Positions 56,924-64,000 of a stretch of 64,000 nt of DNA are shown here, in pieces. Below the pieces are notes generated by a model that worked only from the letters and a program-made list of their open reading frames with translations, made no database searches and had not been told where the DNA came from. Numbering within the stretch: position 1 is the stretch's first letter; every line of letters starts with the position of its first letter. Source of the stretch: Fluviibacter phosphoraccumulans EoVTN8 (GTDB lineage: Bacteria; Pseudomonadota; Gammaproteobacteria; Burkholderiales; Rhodocyclaceae); assembly GCA_036287865.1 (NCBI GenBank), contig CP126743.1:527846-591845 (forward strand), written 5' to 3'. A program made the position numbers and the translations under genes.

Positions 56924-58474
56924 ATGTGCGGAATTATTGGCGTTGTAGCCACCACACCGGTTAACCAGTTGCTCTACGACGGACTCATGGTGCTTCAGCA
57001 TCGTGGTCAGGATGCGGCAGGCATTTCAACGGCAGAAGGTAGCACCTTTCATATGCACAAAGGCCCGGGTCTGGTGCGAGATGTGTTCCGTACACGCAAC
57101 ATGCGGGCGTTGCCGGGCAACTGGGGTATTGCGCACTGTCGATACCCGACTGCCGGTTCGGCCTATAACTTTGCCGAAGCCCAGCCGTTCTATGTGAACT
57201 CGCCTTTTGGCCTGATGCTGGCACACAACGGTAACCTGACCAATGCCGAAGAGCTGAAACAACAACTCTTCAAGCTGGATCTGCGTCACATCAATACCAA
57301 CTCCGATTCCGAAGTGCTGCTCAATGTTCTGGCTCACGAATTGCAGAAAGCGGCGCACGGTACGCGCCTGGATCAGGAAGCGATTTTCAAGGCCGTGCGT
57401 GGCGTTCATAAGCGTGTTCGTGGTGCCTATGCCGTGGTCGTCATGATTGCCGGTTATGGCCTGTTGGCCTTCCGCGACCCGTTCGGTATTCGTCCGCTGG
57501 TGCTGGGTAAAAATGAAACACCGGCAGGTACCGAGTGGATGCTGGCGTCGGAATCGGTACCGCTGGACTCGCTGGGTTTCGAGCGCGTGGATGACGTGGC
57601 GCCCGGTGAAGCGGTCTATGTTGATTTGGATCGCAACATGGTGCGTGAGCAGTGCGCTGAAAAACACACGCTCTCACCATGCCTCTTTGAGTATGTGTAT
57701 CTGGCCCGCCCGGATTCGATGCTGGATGATGTGTCGGTTTACGAAACCCGTCTGCGCATGGGTGAAACCCTCGCGGCCAAGGTGCGCAAAGTGATTGATC
57801 CAGCTGACATCGATGTGGTGATTCCGATTCCGGATTCGTCGCGTCCGGCAGCACTGCAAATGGCGCACGCTCTTGGTATCCCGTTTCTGGAAGGTTTTGT
57901 TAAGAACCGTTACATCGGACGTACCTTTATCATGCCCGGGCAGGCAACACGTAAGAAGTCTGTCCGCCAGAAACTCAACACGGTGGTTCAGGAATTTGCT
58001 GGCAAGAATGTGATGCTGGTGGATGACTCGATCGTGCGTGGCACCACTAGCCATGAGATCGTGGAGATGGCACGTGCTGCGGGCGCCAAGAAGGTGTATT
58101 TCGCCTCGGCATCGCCGCCGGTACGTTTTCCTAACGTATACGGTATCGATATGCCAACACGCGGCGAGCTAATCGCAACCGGTCGCACCGATGCACAAAT
58201 TGCCGCATTGATTGGTGCCGATGAGCTGGTGTATCAGGATCTTGCCGCACTGGAAGAGTCTGTGCGCGCGTGCAATCCGAACATTACGGGTTTTGATGAC
58301 TCCTGCTTTACCGGTAACTACATTACCGGTGATGTGGATGCCGCCTATCTGGATGCCGTTGAAAAGTCGCGTCAGAAACCGAGTGCGCCTGCTGCCTCTC
58401 AGGAAGACGATGACGAGGGTGGTAATGCAGCTCAGCAAATCGAAATGTTTGTCCGTCGTCCGGGTCAGGAATAA
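56924..58474 (+). CDS. purF: Amidophosphoribosyltransferase
   Basis: MCGIIG, QHRGQDAAG, HCRYPTAG, CLFEYVY, LVDDSIVRGTT. Confidence 0.97.
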   Translation: MCGIIGVVATTPVNQLLYDGLMVLQHRGQDAAGISTAEGSTFHMHKGPGLVRDVFRTRNMRALPGNWGIAHCRYPTAGSAYNFAEAQPFYVNSPFGLMLAHNGNLTNAEELKQQLFKLDLRHINTNSDSEVLLNVLAHELQKAAHGTRLDQEAIFKAVRGVHKRVRGAYAVVVMIAGYGLLAFRDPFGIRPLVLGKNETPAGTEWMLASESVPLDSLGFERVDDVAPGEAVYVDLDRNMVREQCAEKHTLSPCLFEYVYLARPDSMLDDVSVYETRLRMGETLAAKVRKVIDPADIDVVIPIPDSSRPAALQMAHALGIPFLEGFVKNRYIGRTFIMPGQATRKKSVRQKLNTVVQEFAGKNVMLVDDSIVRGTTSHEIVEMARAAGAKKVYFASASPPVRFPNVYGIDMPTRGELIATGRTDAQIAALIGADELVYQDLAALEESVRACNPNITGFDDSCFTGNYITGDVDAAYLDAVEKSRQKPSAPAASQEDDDEGGNAAQQIEMFVRRPGQE

Positions 58475-58485
58475 TTGCGTCCATT

Positions 58486-59679
58486 ATGAGTAAGCATCAA
58501 AAACTGCCGGAAGGCCTGGCCGCAGAAACACTGGCCGTTCGCGCCGGGATGAATCGTAGTGTGCATAACGAACACAGTGAAGCGCTGTACCTGACATCCA
58601 GCTTTGTTTTTGACAATGCGGCTCAGGCGGCTGTGCGCTTTTCAGGTGAAGAAGAGGGCAATGTCTACGCCCGCTTTACCAACCCCAGTGTTACGCTCTT
58701 CGAACAGCGGCTTGCTGCGCTGGAAGGTGCCGAAGCCTGTATCGGCACGGCCAGTGGCATGGCCGCCATTACCTCTTTGGTCATGGCAAATCTAAGCGCC
58801 GGTGATCATATTGTTGCCTCCAATTCGCTATTTGGTTCGACGATCCAGTTGCTCGGCACCATCATGCCGCGCTTTGGTATTGAAACCACCTTCGTTTCGC
58901 AAACTGATGCCAGTGAATGGGATAAAGCCGTTCGGCCCAATACCAAGCTCCTGTTTTGTGAAACACCATCCAACCCACTGACGCAAGTGGCCGACATTCG
59001 TGCCCTGTCTGTGATTGCTAAAAAACATCATCTGCTGCTGGCGGTTGATAACTGCTTCTGTACGCCGATTCTGCAAAAGCCGCTGGAACTGGGTGCCGAC
59101 ATTGTGGTGCATTCGGCAACCAAATACCTGGATGGTCAGGGTCGTGTGCTCGGTGGCGCAGTCTGCGGCAGCAAGGAAATTATCGAGAAGCTCTTCATCT
59201 TCTTGCGCACAACTGGCCCAACGTTGTCGGCCTTTAACGCCTGGGTTCTGGGTAAAGGCTTGGAGACGCTGTCGATTCGTATGAAAGCCCAATCGGCAAC
59301 AGCGCTCGAACTGGCCAGATGGCTGGAAGCGCATCCCGCCATTGAGCGTGTGTACTATCCGGGTTTGCCATCGCACCCCCAGCATCAGCTGGCCATGCAA
59401 CAGCAGAAATCCGGCGGGGCGATTGTCAGCTTTGAAGTGAAGGGTGGCAAAGAGGCTGCCTGGCGTGTGATAGACTCCTGTCAGTTGTTGTCGATCACCG
59501 GTAACCTGGGTGACACCCGTACGACGCTGACGCATCCTGCTTCCACAACGCATGGTCGTATTACCCCGGAAGCACGTGCCGTCGCAGGTATTCATGACAA
59601 TTTGCTGCGAATCGCAATAGGCTTGGAAACGGTAGACGACATCTGTAACGATCTGGCTCGTGGGCTTTCTGCAAACTGA
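58486..59679 (+). CDS. metZ: O-succinylhomoserine sulfhydrylase
   Basis: SEALYLTSSF, YARFTNP, HSATKYLDGQGR, NLGDTRT. Confidence 0.93.
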   Translation: MSKHQKLPEGLAAETLAVRAGMNRSVHNEHSEALYLTSSFVFDNAAQAAVRFSGEEEGNVYARFTNPSVTLFEQRLAALEGAEACIGTASGMAAITSLVMANLSAGDHIVASNSLFGSTIQLLGTIMPRFGIETTFVSQTDASEWDKAVRPNTKLLFCETPSNPLTQVADIRALSVIAKKHHLLLAVDNCFCTPILQKPLELGADIVVHSATKYLDGQGRVLGGAVCGSKEIIEKLFIFLRTTGPTLSAFNAWVLGKGLETLSIRMKAQSATALELARWLEAHPAIERVYYPGLPSHPQHQLAMQQQKSGGAIVSFEVKGGKEAAWRVIDSCQLLSITGNLGDTRTTLTHPASTTHGRITPEARAVAGIHDNLLRIAIGLETVDDICNDLARGLSAN

Positions 59680-59755
59680 TTGCAGTGCCGCCTGACCGGT
59701 TCGACCATGAGTTCATTCTGATTTTTTAGCCTGTTAGCCCCTGAGGGCAACAAAT

Positions 59756-61631
59756 ATGTCTTTTGAACAGTTTTCACTTTCCGAGCCACGTATCAATGCC
59801 ATTCAGGATGCCGATATCTCCGGCACGCCTGCGCCAACACCGGTACAGGCCGCGCTGATTCCGCTGGTGCTGACCGGTAAAGATGTGCTCGTGGCGGCGC
59901 CTGCGGGTTCCGGCAAGGCGGCCGCTTACGCCATTCCAACGCTTGATCTGTTGCAGCAGGATGATGCGGCTCTGACGCAGGAGCCGGGCCGTGGCCTACG
60001 CATTCTGGTCTTGGTGCCAACGCGTGAAGTGGCCCTGCAAGTGCTGGATGCCTACCGTACCTATGGGCGTCATGATGCCTATTACTCTTTTGCTGTTTAC
60101 GGCGGTGTCAGCATGCATCCCCAAGTCCAGGCGCTGGAGCGAGGATTGGATGTGCTGATCGCCACGCCCGCCCGATTGCTGGATCATCTGGGTCAGGGGC
60201 ATGTGAATCTGGATCGCGTGCGTGTCGTCCTCTTCGACGAAGTCGATCGCATGATGGATATGGGTCAGGCTGCCGAGCTCGAGCGTCTCTACCCGTTGCT
60301 ACCGCCAACTCGACAAACGATCGTCGTGGTCAGCTCATTCGGTGACAATATCCGCGGATTTTCTGATGGCCTACTGAAATACCCGGAAGAAGTGGTCATT
60401 GATCGCGGCGATGATGTCACCACCCGAGTCCACCAACGGTTCATTGCGGTCGATCCGCACCGTAAACGGGATCTGATGACGCAGCTGTTCCGTGACGAAG
60501 CATGGCCGCGTTCATTGGTATTTGCCCGTACAAAGTTCGGGGCAGAAGGCCTGGCGCGCAAGTTGGCCAAAGGTGGCGTTACCGCCAATGCGCTGCATGC
60601 CCATCGTGGTCAGATGCCCCGTGGTCGTGCTCTGGAAGAGTTTCAGACCGGGTTGCTGAGTGCCCTCGTTACAACGGATATGGCACTGCGTGGGTTTGAG
60701 ATGGACGGCATGCAGCGGGTAGTTCACTACGATCTTCCTGCGGTGCCTGATGATTACCCCGCACGCTTAAATCGTGTGTTGAATGGTGAAGAGGGTCGCG
60801 TTGGCAATACCGTTGCTTTTGTCACGCATGATGGCCGTGCTGCTCAAATCAATCGAGCGTCTACTAGGTGCCGAAATCCATCCAGAAATTATTCCGGGTT
60901 ACGAACCCATGTCGCCTGAAGCGCTGGTCGAATATCAGGCAGAGCAAGCAGCTAAGTATGCAGCCGATCCGCGTAATACGCGCAATCAGCCCGCTGCCAC
61001 CGGTGAAGAATCTGCTGAAGGCATTGACGCCGACAGCAATGCTGAGTTTGAAGAGTTTGATGAAGATTGCCAACCGGTTGAGCTGGATGAAGATGCCAAG
61101 GCACGGGCTGAAGGTGAAGCCTGGCTGTACGCCCGTCAACAAGCGAATCAGCGACCACCGCGTGGCCGTAAACCGCGTGACCCAGATGCCCAGCCTTACT
61201 TCCCTGACGATCGTGACCCTTGGGCTGATTTGCCGGAAGACAAACTGTACGTGATGGATGCCATGTACAACGGCAATAAGCTGGCGCCGGGTGAAACCGA
61301 TCCGCTGACCGCGCTACAGTTTATTGATGACGATCGTCAGCCACGCGGTGCCAATGCGCACGTGCGTGACATCGTTGCCGAATTCCGGCGCGAAGCCTGT
61401 GAAGACCGTAATCTGCATCGTGAGCTGGCCGGCATGCCGGCACTCAACAGCCTGCGCAAAAACCATCGTGGTAAAAAACCCTTTGGTAAGTCATCACAAT
61501 TCGGTAAGGGGCAGGGCAAACCTGCAGGGAGCAAACCACCGCGCAGTGGCGGCTACCAGGGTGCTAAACCATTCCGTCGTAAACCCACGGGTCCGGGTCG
61601 TCCGCGATCCCCCAAACCCGAGGCAAGCTGA
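59756..61631 (+). pseudogene. RhlE-like DEAD-box helicase homolog, degenerate motifs, frameshift near 60840
   Basis: GSGKA, VPTREVA, DEVDRMMDMG, FARTK. The helicase C-terminal continuation (LLKSIERLLG) is in a different frame. Confidence 0.75.
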
Positions 61632-61655
61632 TAGAATCTTGTCTGAATTTAAAAA

Positions 61656-61745
61656 GGGTCTGTGGCTGAGTGGTTTAAAGCAACGGTCTTGAAAACCGTC
61701 GTAGGTGCGAGCCTACCGTGAGTTCGAATCTCACCGGACCCGCCA
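61656..61745 (+). tRNA. tRNA-Ser, anticodon TGA
   Basis: GGGTCTG/CGGACCC acceptor stem, ACGGT-CT-TGA-AA-ACCGT, long variable arm, GTTCGAATC, 3' CCA. Confidence 0.96.
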
Positions 61746-61750
61746 AATTA

Positions 61751-61782
61751 AAACGGCTCGTCGAGAAATCGACGGGCCGTTT
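61751..61782 (+). terminator. Hairpin/terminator after tRNA-Ser(TGA)
   Basis: AAACGGCTCGTCGA-GAAA-TCGACGGGCCGTTT. Confidence 0.8.
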
Positions 61783-61853
61783 GCTTTGGCCGCTTGCATT
61801 CATCACGGGTCGTCATAGAATGCAGGCATAACAAATGTTCCTGGAGATAAAAC

Positions 61854-62814
61854 ATGTACCACGCCCTACAGATTAATAAAGATGATGCCGGCTATCGTGC
61901 CGAGCTTAAAGAACTCGATGACTCCGCGTTGCCTGAAGGTGATGTGACAGTCCAGGTGGCCTGGAGTACGCTCAATTACAAAGATGGCCTGGGCATAACC
62001 GGTAAAGGCCCGGTGGTTCGTAAATTCCCATTAACCCCCGGTATCGATATGGCCGGGACCGTATTGGAAAGCAGTCATCCGTGCTGGAAGCCCGGGGATA
62101 AAGTCATTTTGAACGGCTGGAGTGTCGGTGAAACATACAGCGGCTGTCTGGCACAGAAGGCGCGCCTGAATGGTAACTGGCTCGTGCCATTGCCCACCGC
62201 ATTTACCGAGCGTTAGGCCATGGCCATTGGTACGGCGGGCTATACGGCCATGCTTTGCGTGCTGGCACTAGAAAAGCACGGCATTAAACCGACGGATGGT
62301 GAAATCCTGGTCACGGGTGCTAATGGTGGGGTGGGCAGCGTGGCGATCATGCTCCTGGTCAAGCTGGGTTATACCGTCATTGCGTCTACGGGGCGCCCAG
62401 AAGAAGAGCCGCACCTCAAAGCACTGGGTGCTGCCGGCATTATCGACCGCAAGGAACTATCGGAGCCCGGTAAGCCGCTCGGCAAAGAACGCTGGGCAGG
62501 TGTGGTTGATTCAGTCGGTAGCACCACACTGGCCAATGCCTGCGCTACAACCAAATACAGTGGTGCGGTAACAGCCTGTGGTCTAGCCGGCGGGGCTGAT
62601 TTTCCGTCAACGGTGATGTCATTCATTCTGCGGGGTATCACCCTCTACGGCATCGACAGTGTGATGGCACCTTCCGAGAAGCGTATGGAAGCTTGGCAGC
62701 GTTTGGCGCGAGATCTGGACCACTGAGATCAGTTTGGTCGAAGCGATTAGCGTAGGCGCACAATTGCTTGAAGGCAAAATGCGTGGCCGTGTGGTGGTGG
62801 ACGTTAATCGTTGA
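61854..62814 (+). pseudogene. acuI: Acrylyl-CoA reductase AcuI/YhdH-family oxidoreductase, disrupted
   Basis: [41 protein letters not shown] at 62214-62216 and a frameshifting deletion near 62722; C-terminal RGRVVVDVNR in another frame. Confidence 0.88.
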
Positions 62815-62822
62815 TTAATTGA

Positions 62823-62866
62823 GGTTTGTCCCGTAAAAGGCTTTTTTTGATTTTTACGGACAAACC
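62823..62866. repeat. Long imperfect inverted repeat
   Basis: GGTTTGTCCCGTAAAA (62823-62838) vs TTTTACGGACAAACC (62852-62866). Confidence 0.8.
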
Positions 62867-62891
62867 CGAGAGGATTTTCTTGACGTTGCGA

Positions 62892-62937
62892 TTGTTTTCA
62901 TTCAAATTTGCAAAATGTAATTTCTGAATGAAAACAA
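62892..62937. repeat. 13-bp perfect inverted repeat abutting the next start codon
   Basis: TTGTTTTCATTCA (62892) - 20 nt - TGAATGAAAACAA (62925), then ATG at 62938. Confidence 0.8.
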
Positions 62938-63908
62938 ATGGCCAGTGAACTATCGAACGATCAACGGAAATACTTGATTGATTCAGCCCAGATGTATGAG
63001 TCATACATCGAAGCCAAGCGGCATGCTGATAGTTATCGGTATGGGATTGACTTGGAAGCGCTCCCGCGACAAAGAGTATCTGTTTCGTCTATCGGGGCGA
63101 ACAGGTTATGGTCGCTCATTGGGTGTGCGCAGCCCGGAAACAGAACTGATAGAAGCAGAGTTTCGTGAAGGTAAGGCTCGTGCCAACACCCGTCTGGATG
63201 CTATTAAAAGCCGTCTTGATGAATTTGCCGTAATCAATAAGGCACTTCGTGCCTAATGTTGTGGCACGTATCCTACGTTTGCTTGATGAGCGAAACCTGT
63301 TGGGTCAGGAATTTATCGTTTTAGGTACACAGTGTCTTTATGCTTACGAGGCCGCAGCGGGGGTGCGTGTTGATCCATCTCTAACCACATCGGGCGATGT
63401 TGATTTGATGTTTGATACCCGCAGAAAGATCGAGCTGGTATCGCAAAAGTTAGATGGTTCAGGCTTGATCGGATTGTTGCGTAAAGTGGATAAATCGTTT
63501 GAACCGATGCAGCGTAGTAAGTTTCGGGCAGCAAACGATCAGGAGTTTATGGTCGATTTGATCATGCCACCTTTGGACATGCGAGATGGTCGCAAAATAC
63601 AATTTGCCGAAGGTGATCTCATCGCATCAGAAATTCCTGGCCTGGAATGGCTAATGAACGCGCCGAAATTTGAGGCGATCTGTATGGGTGAAGACGGCTG
63701 GCCAACACAATTTGTCGTGCCAGATCCGAGAGCATTTGCTATTCACAAAGCCTGGCTTTCAACCTGGCCGATGCGAGATCCGCTCAAGAAAACACGTGAT
63801 GCAGCACAAGGCGTAATGGTGCGTATGATCACCGAGAAATATTTTCCGCACTTATCTTTTGCGCCGAGTGCCATGAAATCTTTCCCCCAAGGAAAAATGC
63901 CAGAATGA
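62938..63908 (+). pseudogene. GSU2403-type nucleotidyltransferase-fold protein, two frameshifts
   Basis: TWKR..EYL, SLGVRSPETE, LGTQCLYAYE, TSGDVDL, VPDPRAFAIHKAWLS, RD..Q. Frameshifts near 63045 and 63248. Confidence 0.7.
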
Positions 63909-63910
63909 AC

Positions 63911-64000
63911 ATGATTCACCTGACTCATATTGATTTAAGTAAAGATCCAGATGCAGCGCACTATCTGAAAACCGAAGTGGTGCAGGTGATGTTCGCCCGC
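63911..64000 (+). CDS. 5' part of a CDS, resembles PGDYG-domain proteins (runs off window)
   Basis: MIHLTHIDLSKDPDAAHYLKTEVVQVMFAR open to the window end; similarity is from recall only. Confidence 0.5.
   Translation, partial: MIHLTHIDLSKDPDAAHYLKTEVVQVMFAR

Noticed and set aside
60830-60860. Programmed ribosomal frameshift in the DEAD-box homolog (also considered for kup)
   Set aside because: No slippery heptamer or obvious stimulatory hairpin is visible; kup would need two events.
61656-61745. tRNA with TGA in the loop as a selenocysteine or opal-suppressor tRNA
   Set aside because: Anticodon TGA reads UCA (Ser); tRNA-Sec would have TCA and a longer acceptor stem.
22003-61782. Similar hairpins AAAACGGCTCG...CGGGCCGTTT at 22003 and 61750 as a dispersed repeat or att pair
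   Set aside because: Similarity is limited to short stem arms, the loops differ, and both are explained as terminators.
18778-62216. Stop-codon reassignment (TAG read as Gln) or amber suppression to explain in-frame TAGs
   Set aside because: The same genes also carry frameshifts, deletions and TAA/TGA stops. The TAG at 43616 most likely replaces Trp. emrB ends normally at TAG (18447-18449). No suppressor tRNA is in the window.

Overview
This is a chromosomal segment of a betaproteobacterium; gene order suggests Rhodocyclales, but I cannot verify that here. Core blocks have intact reading frames: pdxA-rsmA, xth, trxB, ftsK-lolA-rarA-serS, mltF, rsxABCDGE-nth, pyrD, ate/bpt, acnB, NrdR-controlled class II nrdJ, aroC, leuCDB-asd, truA-trpFBA-accD-folC-dedD-cvpA-purF-metZ, plus two tRNA-Ser genes. 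Accessory segments lie at 11.5-22 kb, 33.9-38.8 kb and after 61.8 kb. The strongest signal is apparent early-stage genome erosion. About ten dispensable genes are broken by stops, frameshifts, small deletions or an IS1595-type remnant: Smr, transglutaminase, ATP-grasp/alpha-E, transposase, patatin, kup, an MFS transporter, a DEAD-box-like helicase, acuI and a GSU2403-type nucleotidyltransferase. In-frame nonsense codons are best explained by C>T/G>A transitions. Several normally conserved residues in housekeeping enzymes (LeuB, TrpB, AccD, Asd, AroC, AcnB) differ by the same transitions. This fits a bottlenecked, possibly recently host-restricted lineage with weakened repair, but damage or consensus artefacts must be excluded. 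Other candidates: an ackA-OMF-emrAB coupled operon, two intact toxin-antitoxin modules flanking dead genes, a motif-degenerate DEAD-box protein, a possible FimV remnant, and paired inverted repeats before the nucleotidyltransferase gene. No CRISPR array, rRNA, integrase or prophage was seen. Family and motif assignments come from recalled knowledge, not database searches.
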